A DNA stretch of 64,000 nucleotides from Podarcis erhardii (lineage: Eukaryota), in the NCBI GenBank assembly GCA_964252035.1, contig OZ176215.1. One strand, given 5' to 3'. Each line of letters starts with the position of its first letter. Within the stretch, counting starts at the first letter, position 1. Below, one piece after another: positions 13,179 to 26,400 of this stretch. The position numbers were made by a program, and so were the translations under genes. Under the pieces are notes generated by a model. The model was not told where the DNA came from. It saw only the letters and a program-made list of their open reading frames with translations, and ran no database searches.

Positions 13179-13456
13179 CAGAGCTTTTTTTCTGGGGGGA
13201 CACAGGGTCATGCACACCCCTAAACATTTTGTGAATCTAAGCTTAGCCTCACTGGGGGCAGTATTTCAATATGAGTAGGAAAATGAGAGTACCCCCAAAC
13301 TAAGGCTACCAGACATCCCCATTTCCCGGGGACAGTCCCCGGATTTACAAATCAGTCCCCATACAAAATCCATTGAAGTTGAAAAGTGTCCCAGGATTCA
13401 TTGAAAAATATCTGGTAACCTTACCCTAAATGGTTTTTTAAAGAAAAAAAGCACTG
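13179..13456. mobile_element. Non-autonomous hAT with a nested MITE (13301-13423)
   Basis: Outer termini CAGAGCTTTTTTTCT...AGAAAAAAAGCACTG with TSD GTTCTACT. Inner termini TAAGGCTACCAGA...TCTGGTAACCTTA with 6/8 TSD CCCCAAAC/CCCTAAAT. Confidence 0.85.
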
Positions 13457-15139
13457 GTTCTACTCAAGAGTTGGGCCATTGAAATTAATGAACCAAAGTT
13501 CATCATGTCCATCAGCGTCAATGGGTCTTCTGTGAGTAGTAGATAGAATTGGCCACAATCCTAAATGCATCAACACAAGACACTGAAACCAGCCAAAGAA
13601 AAGAAATTAAAATTGTAATAGATGACCTTAAGGAGTTGCACAAGTTTGAGAAGCCTTAGCAGGTGGGGGCAAGTTAACTCCCAGAGTGGTTTAGGGTTAC
13701 TGCCTTCTAAGTGGGCTCTGGCCAAAACAAAACAAAAATCTCAAAGCCACACACACTTTCCTATCTTATGACATCTTAGGCTTCTGTTTGAACACAGAGA
13801 AGCTGGTAAAACCTTTCTGTCCCTTTCCTGTTTTCGGGCCAATCAGGTCTCTGCCCCTCTCAGCCTCTCTTAATCCAAGGCAAAGAGGCTGCCTTGAAAT
13901 GTACTCTGGGCATGCTCAGAGCTTGCTTCCTTGAAAGCCACGCCCACTCCTCCATGCACATTCTTTCTCGCTGGCCCCGGGTGGGCGTGGTTGCTGGTTT
14001 GAGCAGCTGGGGTTATTTATTTATTTATTTATTCATTCATTCATACATAGAGAGCAAGGGTGGACGCCAGTGTGTGAGTATATTTCTACAGTATCTATTT
14101 TTAACTTGATCATTTGCAGTTATTTTTGTGAACGGGGGAGGGGGGGGAATTGGGAGAATAAACAGCGGGTGGCTTCCGTATTCGTTTCAAGCTTCAACAC
14201 TTGTGTATTATTGGAACTGTAGGATATGTGTGTCTATGTTTGAGAGCAGGAGGGAGGTTTTGCCTTCCTGATTTTTTGTTTAGGTTTAAAAATACTGTAG
14301 GTGTCTTTGGTTGTTTTTCGAAGAACAGGATGCTGGCCTAGACGGGCCTTCAGCCTGATCCAGCAGGCCCCACTCTGGGGGTTATAAGATTCAGTATGCT
14401 GTTTATACAAAGAAAAAGTCAGACACTTCTCAGTGTACAGTAGTTGCATACTCTTCATAAAATTGCAGTGCTTAAGTGTCCACAGAAGCTTTGCAAGGGA
14501 GGGAGATGGGGAGAAAACTAGAACAACTTAGCTGCCCCCTGGCCCATGACCACTCATTGGCCTCGCAGCCCCATTGCTTTTAAGGGAATCCCCCATTGGG
14601 GCTCAAGGTGGTTGGCTGCTTAGCATCTAAGTGACCTTCTTGGTATACTCAAAAGTAAAATAAATCTTATCGAAATAAAGAGTTTGCAAGGCAGAGCTCT
14701 GGCAAAGAGATGTTATTTATCCTTTCAAACATCAAAGTTCTGTTTTTTAGAGGGAAGACACACATTATATAAATATGGGGCTATTCCATCTTGAGTATTG
14801 GATGATTCTGTAAAGAGTCCTTTTTGAAATGTGAAGGGATTCTTCTCTTTGGGGACCACCTCTGAGAAAAGCCAGAGTTATCCACACAGAGAGTGAGTTC
14901 CCAGAGGACTAAATCTGCTGGGATATTCCAGCTGTTCTCTCCAAAGTCTATCATAGGTCCCGTTTCAGGTTAGGCTAAGGTTCAGATGCTTCTGGTTGCT
15001 ATACTTACTGGATTTCTTACTTGACCACCCCCATGAGGTGGCAACAGGGCAGGTTACATTGATTTGAAAATATGTTATTAAAATCAGTTAAAACAAACTA
15101 CAGTCAAGAGAAAAGGGTAGGTCCAAAGCACACAAACAC

Positions 15140-15357
15140 GTATATTATTATTAATTGCATTTATATCCCATCCCTTTTCTCCAAGGAGCTCAAGGTGGTG
15201 GGCATGGTTCTTTCCCTCCTAATTTAATCCCACAACAACCCTGGGAGGTAGGTTAGGCTGCAAAGGCAGGGTTACCCAGTGAGCTTCATGGCCGAGTGGG
15301 GATTTGAACCCGTCTCCCAAGTCCTAGTCCAACACTCTAACCACTACACCACACTAC
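15140..15357 (-). mobile_element. Older CORE/MIR-like SINE
   Basis: The reverse strand reads GTGTGGTGTAGTGGTTAGAGTGTTGGACTAGGAC..GGTTCAAATCCCCACTCGGCCATGAAGCTCACTGGGTAACC. Confidence 0.75.
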
Positions 15358-16225
15358 CTCTCAGATATATACTGTCCAAGGCCATGGAGCCCTTGGAGGA
15401 GAAGCTATTGATGTATTATGCCTACTTCTTCCACATTTTTGAACTAAAAGCACTCTTGTTTAGATTATCAACACTAGAGAATAAACTCCTAGTTTTGGTA
15501 GCTGCCCTCGCAAAGGCATCCATCAAGTCAATCATCCAGTGTTCAGTATCAAGAGGTAGGTCAATCTCTGTTAGGGTAGTAATAGACTTGGGGGATACCC
15601 AATGATTCTGTATCCAGGGAACTTCCACCTACTTTGTTAATACGAAAACAGCCAAGCCCTGAGGAATGGCAGATCTTCAGATAGCTAAGCTCCTAATGAA
15701 CTAGGCTCTCCTGGATCACTTCCTTGTCAAGAACAGAAATGATGAATAGAGTTAAAGTAGAAATGCCCATTCTGGATCAGGTGTGTAGAGTCCCCTTTTA
15801 TAGTGACTGATGCTGAGCAGGTGTAAGCAGAAATAAGCTAAAGAACAGAACTGAAGAATTGCGAGGAGTCGAGTGGGGCCATTGCTCATAGCATGGATGG
15901 GTTGGAACGGATGCCTTTGGGGGTGGATGAGTTTTCCTTATCACAGGGGAGGTTAAGTGAGGATAAGATTAAGAGCCTGCGTCATGGAGCAGAGCTGGGT
16001 GGATGAAGTGATAGGGGAAGTTCCTAAGGGAGTTTGAACTGATCCTATTGCAAGAAACTTGGGCTCTAGATAATATTGATTTTCCTGGATATATTACTTT
16101 TTGTTGGTGCCAGCAGCATCAAGGAAAAACAAGAGACCCCAGTGGTGGATTAGACTTACTAAGTTTCAACATCAATAAGGGCAAAAATATTGCACGTTTG
16201 GAAAGTGGATAGCAATATGTCCCTT

Positions 16226-16376
16226 GGACAGTTAAGGCCGCATTTATTTAGAGTATGGTGGTGATAATGCCAAGGTTGCCGGTTTGATCCCCATATGGGA
16301 CAGCTGCATATTCCTGCATTGCAGAGGGTTGGATTAGATGATCCTCAGGGTCCCTTCCAACTCTATGATTCTATGA
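16226..16376 (+). mobile_element. Short SINE with a tRNA-Ile-like head and CR1 3' tail
   Basis: ..GGTGATAATGCCAAGGTTGCCGGTTTGATCCCCATATGG resembles the vertebrate tRNA-Ile 3' half, followed directly by CCTGCATTGCAGAGGGTTGGATTAGATGATC..CCCTTCCAACTCTATGATTCTATG. Confidence 0.8.
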
Positions 16377-16628
16377 AATTACAGTTTTATTGTACCTCCG
16401 ACTTCATCACTCTCCGTTGACCACAAGGCCCAAAGTTGAGATTTTTGATTTTTTGGGGGGGATCAGTTGGGTCCAGTGTTAGCTGCAGGAGATTCCCATG
16501 CAAGAATTGGGAGGGAAAGAGAGGGAGGGACCCTCTCAGTGAGGGGCAGAATATTTGCTGGAACTTGAGATGCCGGTGAAGCTCTGATGGGTTTATAAAG
16601 TAAAGCAAATTTTTACATATTGTAACTA

Positions 16629-16649
<21 letters not shown>

Positions 16650-16663
<14 letters not shown>

Positions 16664-17005
16664 AGTAATAATTCATTATTTATACCCCGCCCATCTGGCT
16701 GGGTTTCCCCAGCCATGCTGGGTGGCTTCCAACAGAATATTAAAATACAATAGTCTATTAAACATTAAAAGCTTCCCTAACTAGGGCTGCCTTCAGATGT
16801 CTTCTAAAAGTCTGGTAGTTGTTTTTTCTCTTTGACATCTGGTAGGAGGGCGTTACACAGGGTGGGTGCCACAACAGAGAAGGCCCTCTGCCTGGTTCCC
16901 TGTAACTTGGCTTCTTGTAGCAAGGGAACCGCCAGAAGGCCCTCGGCACTGGACCTCCGTGTCTGGGCAGAACGATGGGAGTGGAAACGCTCCTTCAGAT
17001 ATAGT
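16650..17005 (-). mobile_element. L2 3' fragment
   Basis: The reverse complement matches the 3' part of the 46669 L2 (TFRRHLKAALVREAFNV). Confidence 0.85.
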
Positions 17006-17309
17006 TAACCGTGGAGCTTGCTCTCACAGGAGGCAGTGATGGCCACCCAACTTAAATAGCTGTCAAAGAGGATTCATGGAGGAGAGGGCTGTTGGTGGCT
17101 ACTAGCCAGGAAGGCTATGCTTTTCCTCCACAGCCAGAGGCAGCAACACTTCTAAATACCTGCAAACTGCAGCAGAGGAGAGGGCTCTTGTGCTTGGGTC
17201 CTGCTGGCTGGTTTTTCACAGGCATCTGATTGGCCATTGTGAGAACAAGATGCTGGACTGCATGGTCCCCTTCAGGCTGATCCAGCAAGCTCTTCTGATG
17301 TCTTTATAT

Positions 17310-17789
17310 CAGCACACACACCCCAGCTCCAGCCGCCTTCTCGGTTTGCCGCCTGAAGGGCTGGCGGCAGTGGCGCAAAACAGGCTTACTCCCTGTCCAG
17401 AGAAAGAAGGTGCTGCACTTACCTCCCCAGGAAGGTGCTGCACTTACCACCACCGCTGCTGCTTCTTGTGAAGCGGGTAGCAGAGCAAGCTCATCCACTC
17501 CTCTCTCTGGCCCACAGGAGCACCAGGATGGTGGTGGTGGCAGTGGGAGGAAGAGCGGCAGCTCTGCCAATCAAACCAGGCACGGCGTTTGATTGGCAGA
17601 GATGTCCCCATGCCGCGCTGAGGAAAACGAGGCACAGCGTTTGATTGGCAGAGCTGCCGCCACTTGGCCTCTCCCTCCTATCGCCGGGAGTCTCAGCTTC
17701 GTTGTGGGTTCTGGCTTCTCAGCGTGGGCTGGATTTACGAGGCTGGGGGGGCCACATTCAGTCCCCGGGCCTTAGTTTGCTGACCCTTG
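17310..17789. mobile_element. Non-autonomous hAT with a damaged left end
   Basis: Right end GTTTGCTGACCCTTG, TSD CTTTATAT on both sides, internal repeated TTTGATTGGCAGAG and an 18-bp duplication (17406 and 17431). Confidence 0.7.
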
Positions 17790-17859
17790 CTTTATATTAA
17801 CCTGTTGTATGAGGGGGGGATGGGGAGGGGAGATTTTGCTTTTTAAATTTATTTTTACC

Positions 17860-19030
17860 AGAGAAGAAGCAGGTATGCTGGATCGTGTGGCCACTTCAAG
17901 TCCTCCCGGTACCAGAAATTGACCATCAACCTTTCTCTTTAAAATTGTGGAGTGTGTGTGTGTAGCGGATATAGGGACCCGGCCGATGCCCAGGTATCCA
18001 TCTTGGGAGAAACATAGGAGCGGTGTCACAGAGGAGGGTTCGGCGGTTGCCTGCAGTTGAATTAGATTTGGGGATTTTCTTTAACCCGGAAGTAATTGTT
18101 GGCTGTAAGTACCCACAGTCGTGACATGCACGGATCCTGGAAAGATTCTGCTTTGAACAAAAAATTACTGAATTATTAAGATCAAGGCAGGTGAGTAAGT
18201 CAGGGTTTCCAGGAAGGAGAAAATGGAATAAGCCGTGGTTTAATCGAGAAGGTTGGGAGGGTTTTGAGGAAGAAAGCAAGGGGTTATTTTCTCTCAAGAT
18301 GTGGGAAAACTTCCCAGAAATAAGGACAGGATATAAACTCTTGTTAAAAGGCTTAGAGGTCTTTTGTTCTGGTAAACGGTATCTAAACTTTGCTACATAA
18401 ATAAATATAAATAATTGCAGCAGGGAAATGTAAAGCTGTCTGATGCACAGTATAGGGCAGATCTGACGCATGCAGCAACAGAGGTAGAGAGTTTCCAAAA
18501 CGTTTGGCTAATTGCGGGGCTCTCAAAAGATCTCACTGGAGCCAAGAAGCTGTAGCTGCACAATCCCAATAGGTGAAGTTTCGGGGGGGGGCGGCGGGGG
18601 GGGGGGCGGCAGGTGGCATACAGCACGCAAGGCAAGTACCTTCCCATTTCACCTCAGGTGGTGATATAGGACAACCCACCCCTGGCACAGGGAATCCCTC
18701 CAGAGTTTCTGAAGCTTCTGAGATGGTGGTCTGAAGAGATAATTGTCCGAGGGGTGGAATGAAGAAGAAATTGTAAGCAAGTTGTATGTGGAACATCTGC
18801 TGCAGAGATTTGGGGGATTGGGATGAGGAGACAAATATACCATCCCAGGAGCAAACAGGATTTCAGGAGAGAGATTCAGCAGTTGATAAATGTTTTGCAA
18901 TTTCTCAGTTGTTTCATAAGGGTATTAAGAGTACGAAAGCGTGCATTTCTTGATCTGAAGGCTGCTTTGGACTTGATTGGTAGGGTTTGTCTGTGGGATA
19001 AATTGATTGTTGGATAAATTGAGTAGACAC
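17860..19030 (+). mobile_element. Degenerate non-LTR retrotransposon ORF fragments (RTE-X/CR1-group-like)
   Basis: KPWFNREG motif at about 18230 and RT motif AFLDLKAALDLI..LWDKL at about 18940-19010; multiple stops. Confidence 0.5.
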
Positions 19031-20153
19031 ATGGGGTCTACTCTGAGTTGGATGTCCCTCAGCAGAAACATGTAGCAAAGTATCTGGAGGCCTGGTGTGG
19101 GTGTGGGTGGGTGTTGGCCTTTTGGCTGGCAAGGCAAACCCAGATGAACCACGTTTGATGCTAGTTTCTCTCATGGTTTCACAAACTTCTAGGTCGGTCG
19201 CTTCATAACATGAAGCCATCAAAGCATTGCACAAGATTAAAACAGGACCGAAAAAAAAGCCTGTTCTAAAAACAGGTAATCTCAATGGACTGTAAAACCA
19301 ATAAAACCACTTTTACAAATTGTCGAAACAGCTATCTGGATCTGGAGCAATGAAAGCGGAGGAAGAATGTGCCAGATAATAAGGGGGCGGTAACAGGGGT
19401 GGGGGGCTGAATTATACAGGGCAGGGCTTTGCCTTTTTTATTATGTTACATGTCATAAAAATATTAATTATTAAGTATTTTGCAATGCTGTGGAATTGTG
19501 ACAGGTGGTTATTGCATTTTAACCATGTATTGAGTGTTTCGCTTTATATTGGCCATTTGATGGCCTAAAAAATATAAAGATTCGGATTGGTTGCTGAGGG
19601 GGTAGGAAAGGTGGCAGTGGTATGGGGTGGAGCGGATGGCCGGAGAACTTCACACTTCAACATTTTGCTGCAGCTCCCACATGCCCTAAGTATTTGCCAC
19701 AAACCTTCTTGACTTTATCAGAAACAATCTATCAGGTTTCATTATGTGTTGAAAAAATGCTCAGTAAACAGGTCTAGAAGTACCCCTTGACTGCTTTTCC
19801 TTCAGTCCTACTTTACAGAGGATTGTCCTCTTTTTGAAGGACTGTATAGATCTAAATCCTTGAAAGGACCACCTGGACACAGCACTTACCTGGTCACAGT
19901 TTTAAATTCCTCCACTACAGTGAGATGCCCTGTATTCCAATTTAAATTATAGTCTTTATTTCCAAAATTGCATCTATAACTATACATTAGCACATGTAAA
20001 CTTTCTGCAAATCTCTGACTTCCTCCTCTTCTTTGTTGATGCGTTTCCTTCCTTATGGCGATGTGTGTAAGTGGTACAACATCTCTCTCTGCACTATGCA
20101 CACATAGAAAAGGATTGACTTCTCCTGAGTCCTCTGCTCCATCAGGGTGCTGG

Positions 20154-20711
20154 TGCCAGGGGCTGGCCGGACACCAGCTGGGGAACCCCCAAGGGAGGAG
20201 GAAGAGTCAGAGCCAGGGCATTGGTGGTGGGACACAGAGGAGAGGCCAGAGGGAGAAGATTGGGAGCAGGGGCTGGGTGCCAAAGGGGCAACAGGGCTTA
20301 GTGAGCAGGAAGAGCCGGTGACAGGGAGCAGCTCAGACTCCGAGGCTGAAACAGAGGATGGGGGAGTCAAGAGGCTGCTCAAGAATCTGGGGTGTCTCCC
20401 TCTCCTACTGCAACAAGCTCCCCCACCCGCCTCTCTGAAAACTCACAGAGCAGAACAGAGGTCAGAGGTGTGCAGACGCAGTTTGAGACTGCTTGGGAAA
20501 CATCTGGGAGAGGAGGAGCCTTAGGAAGGGTGGAAGGCAGGGACATTCAGTCCTGGCAACTGCTGCGTAGGGGAAAGATCTATTGGGGAGTGTTGCGGAG
20601 ACTGCTAGGCCGAGTTGTATGTTTGTTTCCTTGAATAAAGAGAGTTAACTTCATTGACAACAGATACCTGCTCCCTGAGTTGCTGACCTGCGTTTGACTC
20701 CAGCACTGACA
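20154..20711 (+). mobile_element. Solo LTR (probably Gypsy/ERV-type)
   Basis: TGCCAG...CTGACA termini, perfect 5-bp TSD GCTGG (20149-20153 and 20712-20716), AATAAA at 20634-20639. Confidence 0.8.
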
Positions 20712-21944
20712 GCTGGTTTCAGCTCACTATAGGACACTCCCCGCTCCTCTTCATCGGCTCACAGGGGTGGGGTGATTTAGAGACAGTCTTTGGGATGACC
20801 CCTGCTCCCCATTTCCGGAGGTGAGCCCCCTGCCCTCCAGGAAAGCAGCCATTTCCAGAAGGGTCCTCTGTGTTGCATCATCCCCTTCTGGGCTGGGCAC
20901 TCAGAATGACCACAGAAGTCTGCTTGAGAACAAGTGGTCCATGGGCAGCCACTCTGTGCTCTTTCTTAGCTCCACCTGGAGATTCTACTGAGGACTGATC
21001 CTGGGGCTTTCTGCATGCAGAGCACACCAGATTCGTCCCCAAATAAAATAAAAGGTCCCCCGTTCTCCCATCCACCTGTCCTCATGTGCCTCACAACCAC
21101 AGTCTTGGTTTCTGCCCTGTGCCCAAACAGTTGGGCCGGGGAGAAACTTGCCATTTGCAGCTTGGCAGGTAAGAGTGGAAGAGGTGGGTGTTTCTCAGGA
21201 GTTTGGCCCAAGGTGGGGATGCCGGATACCTGCCTGCCCAGGACGTTTTGATGTCAGAGGCAAGGCAGAAAATGCTGCTTCCTCCTCTGCCTCCACCTGT
21301 GCTGTGTGCACACCCTCTGCCATGTGCCCGCTAGGGTGTGTATAAAAGGAGGCTGGAGAGGAGCAGGCAGGCAGTGGAGGAGGCAGTAAGTGGCATGTTC
21401 CTCAGGGGTCAGATCCATTGCCCCCTCATCTGTCTTGAGTCTCCCGCCCTGAGGCAACTGCTTCACCGGGCTGCCCTGCCTCTGCAGCTTTCAGAAGGAT
21501 GCCCCATAACCTGGTTTCAGCTTTGCGGACCAGCAGTCCTGCGTTCTCTCCACAGCTCTGGAAGGGCAATGGGGCCTCGTGGCTAGTGGGAGCCTTTCTG
21601 GAGAGGCCAGAGGCTGCTAGTTTCACATGGCTTCCAGCAAAGGCCTCCTGTTTGCCTCTCCGAGCAGAGCTTGCTGCTGCCAGCGCCCAGCATCCATCTC
21701 CAAGAAAAATGACCCTCCGTGCTGCCTGGAGCAGGGGACCTGAGATTAAACCCGCCGACGGCGGCGTCTGGCACTCCATCACCCACCGCTTATCTCCTAG
21801 ACTGCGCCTTCCTCCCTTGTCTTGGGGGTGGCATCTTGACTCCTCTCGCCAAGGAACCTGCCGGTTCCCTTGTTCACCCAGACAGAGTAATTTTTTAATC
21901 AGGAGCTGGGCCCAGCCATGGCAGCGGTGGGCACAATGGGTCAT

Positions 21945-22830
21945 AGAATCGTAGAATTGGAAGGGACCCCCCATGGTCATCTAGTCCAACCCTCTCCAAT
22001 GCAGGAATCTAGCTGTGAATCCCTGACAAATGGCCATCCAACGTCTGTTTGAAGGCCTCCAGTGAAGGAGAGTTTACTCCCTTCCGAGAGAGTCCGCTTC
22101 ACTGTCGAATGGCTCTTACGGTCAGAAGGCTCTTTGTAATGTTTAGCCAGAATATCCTTCCTTGTCTTTTCAATCCATTGGTTCGGTTCCTCCCCTCTGG
22201 AGCAGCAGTAAGCAGACTTGCTCCGGCTTTAATAATAATAATAATAATAATAATAATTAATAAAATTTATTTGTACCCAGCCCATCTGACTGGGTTTCCC
22301 CAGTCACTCTGGGTGGCTTTTGATTAAAAATACATCAAAATGTCACACATTAAAAACTTCCCTGAACAGGGCTGCTTTCAGATGTTTTCTAAATGTCAGG
22401 TAGTTGTTTATCTCTTTGACATGTGATGGGAGGGTGTTCAACAGGGCGGGTGCCACTGCCAAGAAGGCCCACTGCCTGGTTCCCTGCAGCTTTGCTTCTC
22501 GCAGTGAGGGAACTGCCAGAAGGCCCTTGGCACTGGACCTCAACGTCCGGGCAGAATGCTGGGGGTGAAGATGCTCCTTCAGGTATACTAGGCTGAAGCC
22601 ATGTGATGGCCCTTCAGATATCTGAAGATGGCTCTCATGTCACCTCTCAGTCTCCTCTTCTCCAGGCCAAACATCCCTAGCTCCCTCAACCATTCCTCAT
22701 AAGGCCTGGTTTCGGAGCCCTTGATCATCTTGGTTGGCCTTCTTTGCACACCTTCTGGCTAGTCAATATCCTCCTTTAGCTGTGGTGCCCAGTACTGGAC
22801 ACAGGACTCCAGGTAGGGTCTGACCACTCC
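21945..22830 (-). mobile_element. CR1 3' fragment interrupted by L2
   Basis: CATAGAATCGTAGAATTGGAAGGGACC terminus plus ORF2 end. Further CR1 tails lie near 23285, 28420-28530, 30140, 30840-31040, 40470-40705, 52330 and 57625. Confidence 0.85.
22228..22600 (-). mobile_element. L2 3' fragment inserted into a CR1
   Basis: Translates to LLAVPSLREAKLQGTRQ..KHLKAALFREVFNV, has an (AAT)n tail, and splits the CR1 at 21945-22830. Confidence 0.85.
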
Positions 22831-22949
22831 TAGTGGTGCAGCAATAAAACTGCTGGCACATTTGCAAAGCTAAGCAGGGTCCAGGATGGTTTCAAATAGG
22901 ACGGTGGACCAGTGTTGAAATTCCTGCTTTGAAGGGGGTTGGACTAGAT

Positions 22950-23665
22950 CAGTGCTTCCCAACCTTTTTCTGACTGTGGTCCCCTTCTGACCTTGTTTCC
23001 TTCCTGTGGCCCCCCATGGGTGTAGCCAAAGGGGGCAGCTGCCCCCCCAATAAGTAAAAATCAAACAATTTTTTTTACAAATCTGCCCCCCTTAACAAAA
23101 GCCTGCCCCCCACAAAAACCCTGGCTATGCCCATGCCCCCCTCCCTGTCCTACCAGTAGAAAGGTAGCTATTTAAATGTTTTGTGTGTAAACAGAACATG
23201 CTTTATTTATAATTTTTATACATTATACAAAATACAATTACATAAAATGATAGGAACATATTGAAATATTGTGGAAGCAGAAAAACATAGAATCACAGAG
23301 CTGGAAGGGACCCCAAGGGCCATCTTTCTAGTGCAACCCCTTGCAATGTAGGAAACTCAGCTAAAGCATCCATGACAGATGGCCATCCAGTCTCTGTAGA
23401 AATCTGCAAGGAAGGAGAGTCCAGAATGGCCCAAGGGAGATCCATCTTCCATGTATTATAAAAAGTAAACACTTATTTGACCCCAGTTTTTTGACACAGA
23501 GAAGGAAACCTACTGATACAATCCAAAAGGTGCACAGGGAGCGCCTTTATATATATATATATATATATATGACGCCTGTATATATGGGAGAATTTTAAAA
23601 AGCAAGTGGTCCTCACTGATCTGGTACAAAAAGATCTTGTCATCTGGAGGAGCCCTGGCTGCCTA

Positions 23666-23704
<39 letters not shown>

Positions 23705-24265
23705 AATAATTTATTTATATCCCGCCCTCCCCAGCCAAAGCAGGGCTCAGAGTGGCTAACAATAATAATAGACCCACACGCCCTTACCTGGGAATAAAGC
23801 CCACTGAACTTAGTGTGGCTTTCTTCTGAGTAGACTCTTAGTTATTTACTAGATGAGAGTCAGTAGCACCAGATGACCCTGCTTGGCTAGGCGCTGGGGT
23901 AGATTTCACCCCGTCCGTTGCAGAGTCAGGCCCAGGCTGCTGCCAGGCCCAGCACTACTGGTCAAAATGGGATCCTCAGCAATTGCCCTCTCTTGCTGGA
24001 AATAAACCAGGACTGCTCCAAGAAAAGGCATGTGGCAACAAGGAGCACTTGGCCAATCACTTATCCGCTTGTGATTGGCCAAGCTGATAGCCAGCCGATC
24101 ATAATTTTTAAAATGACTTCTTTTTCTTTCACTTCTCACTTCCCTCTGTAGCCCCCTGGGCTCGTGCTGCCCCCCCCCCCCATATACGCGATTTTTACCT
24201 GTGGCCCCCTTGGAATAGCCTTGGTTCCCCCAGGGAGCGATATGGCCCCAGCATGGGAAACAGTG
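22950..24265. mobile_element. Non-autonomous hAT enlarged by nested insertions, sitting in a CR1 tail
   Basis: CAGTGCTTCCCAA...TGGGAAACAGTG termini and perfect TSD GACTAGAT. It contains a MITE (23014-23135), a CR1 fragment, (TA)n, (GAT)n and an L2-like end. Confidence 0.82.
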
Positions 24266-24872
24266 GACTAGATAAGCCCCTGGCTGTCTTCCAACTCTAC
24301 AATTCTACGACTCCATTCTATTCTTCTTCTCCAAGCTAAATATCTCCAACTCCCTCGATGTTCTCCATAAGGCTTAATTTCCTGGCCTCCTCTGCACACG
24401 GTCCCCCACCCTGTTTATTCACCTGCCATACCTCCAGTGGGCCAACTCCTAGGGGTCGCTTCCCTCTGCCTGAAGAGTGTAATTGCTTCTTGTCTGTATG
24501 AAGGTAAAGGGGAACCACACTCTGTACATGCTTAGAGGCACTCTTGTTATTCCTGCCTGTTGTTTTCTGGCTTACTTAACGTCCATGACTCGTTACATTC
24601 TACAGGCCAAAATGAATCACTCAACTTGAGCTGGATTATCCCCCCCGCCATCCTACTTGCCATTGTCTCTGATGGTACTTAGACCCCACTCTTGCTTGAA
24701 AGGGCTTTTGCAGTGGGGGTGGGCATGCTACCTCTTGGCTGTAGAAATTAAGCACTGTACCCCAAACTTCTTCCAGGTGACAGTTCTGATCACTCCATTC
24801 CCTTGGGATCATGCCGCTAACCAATTTAATCTGTGCACCAATGAGGCAGGCTGGGGTGTTGTTGATTTTTTG

Positions 24873-24874
<2 letters not shown>

Positions 24875-24905
<31 letters not shown>

Positions 24906-24948
24906 TTTGCCACTGAGTCCTCCTTGTGGTGTGTGTTGCCAGCTGAAG

Positions 24949-24990
<42 letters not shown>
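24875..24990. repeat. (TG)n microsatellites
   Basis: Two TG runs. Other simple repeats: TG 166-229 and 56526-56559, CT/TG 1485-1532, AAT 16630-16660, TA 23548-23570, GAT 23666-23704. Confidence 0.95.
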
Positions 24991-24992
<2 letters not shown>

Positions 24993-26109
24993 TGTGCTTG
25001 CCTGGCTGTCCCTGTGCCTTCCAGCACTTCTGCGTGCGACAAGAGGCAGCGTCTGCACCAGGAAGATAAGATTTGGTGCCTGGCACTGCGGTGACTTTGA
25101 CTTGCTCTTGACGTCGTGACTTCCTGGAACAAAAGTAGAGGAAAAAGGAAAAGGGGTATAAGGTGGGCCTGTGGGGCGGGGGGCGGAGGGAGAGGGAGAG
25201 AGCCAGGAGGAGCTTGCCCAGCTGCTCAGCTTTCCTGTCCCCTGAGATGGAAAGAGGGTGCGCCCCCCCCTTAGAGGAAATGCAGTCTGCCTATTTGCTT
25301 GCAATAAGCAGAGTGGATGCGCATTTGTGTGGATGCATGTGTGCGCATGGATGAATGGATGGAGTAGTCCATGCCTGGGTACTGATTCTGACTTCTGCCC
25401 CCTGGTGTATTGTGTGCAAGGAGCAGGGGCTGGGATTGGGTGTGGGTGGGCTTTCAGGCACATTCCTCCTCCTCTTGGGGGGTGGGGGTTACACGTGTGA
25501 ATGTGCACCAAGAATCTCTTGAGAGACGAACACTGAGTGCAAGGCCTCTGCCGTATTTCTGATCTGCCACTTGTGTCCATCAGCTTCCACCCCTAGACGG
25601 ACAGGTAGAGTTTGGACAAGACTAAGCCAGCTGGAGTAGTTCAGTCTGGTGGAGGTTTGGAGCCCCCCTCTTCCCTCCTCCTCTTCCTCTGGCCTTTGAC
25701 TTTGCTGCAAGGGGGAGCCCGTGGGAGCCTGAGGCAGAGGGTGGGAACACGAGCCAGAGGGTTACATTCAAGGGGGCGATGTTATGCTTCATAACTGTTT
25801 GCACCTGCATTGACCAGTGAACTCTCAGGGTGGGAACTCCCCAAGTTTTCCCCAAAACATTCACAGATCAGGAAGTTGCCCCCAACATTGGAATGTTAAA
25901 ATTGCTGCTCACCCCGATGCAGTTCTCCAGCGAATCAAGCTCTGCAAACACAGCACTGTATGAAAAGGTAGGCAACTGTTATTAAAATACAAAACAACAC
26001 TATTAAAATTATTTGTGGGTTTTATATCTCACCTTTCCCCACATAACAGGGTGTCCAAGGGAGACTACAATAGCTCCCCCTCCCTGCCCTGCATCGGAAG
26101 TTAATATCC

Positions 26110-26400
26110 TAATAATGCAGCTGAAAACTTTTATTTCCATTCCATGCAAAATTTAGAAACATATATTTGCCACTCTTCAGATATATATTTGGTAGCACTC
26201 TCAGTGGTACATTCAGAAACAGAAATAAAATTTTAGGGAGAATTGTCAATTGTAGGGCATCCATGACATTTTTTAACTTGTACATCAAGTTAGATCTTCT
26301 CTCACTTTGGCCTTTGTTGTGATTATAGGCCATTAAACGTGTCTCAATCCTATGTAATCTGTATGCTGAGATGCAGTTGCATTCATATATCAGATTTAAA
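26110..26400 (-). mobile_element. Ancient L1 ORF2 fragment
   Basis: LTILPKILFLFLNVP..FLNFAWNGNKS parallels MNVLPRMLFLFQTL..ISRFVWQGKKP of the young L1. Confidence 0.6.

Noticed and set aside
14529-14548. CTCF-like CCAGGGGGCAG; also REST-like half sites at 404 and about 11020
   Set aside because: Key consensus positions are missing.
21341-21391. TATAAAAG followed by a short segment and a GTAAGT donor (internal promoter?)
   Set aside because: No ATG in the putative exon and no CpG island; these short motifs are expected by chance in 64 kb.
24636-25580. 314-aa minus-strand ORF, and the many other 60-240 aa ORFs in the track
   Set aside because: Low-complexity translations of TG, CT and GC-rich repeats with no recognisable domain or splice structure.
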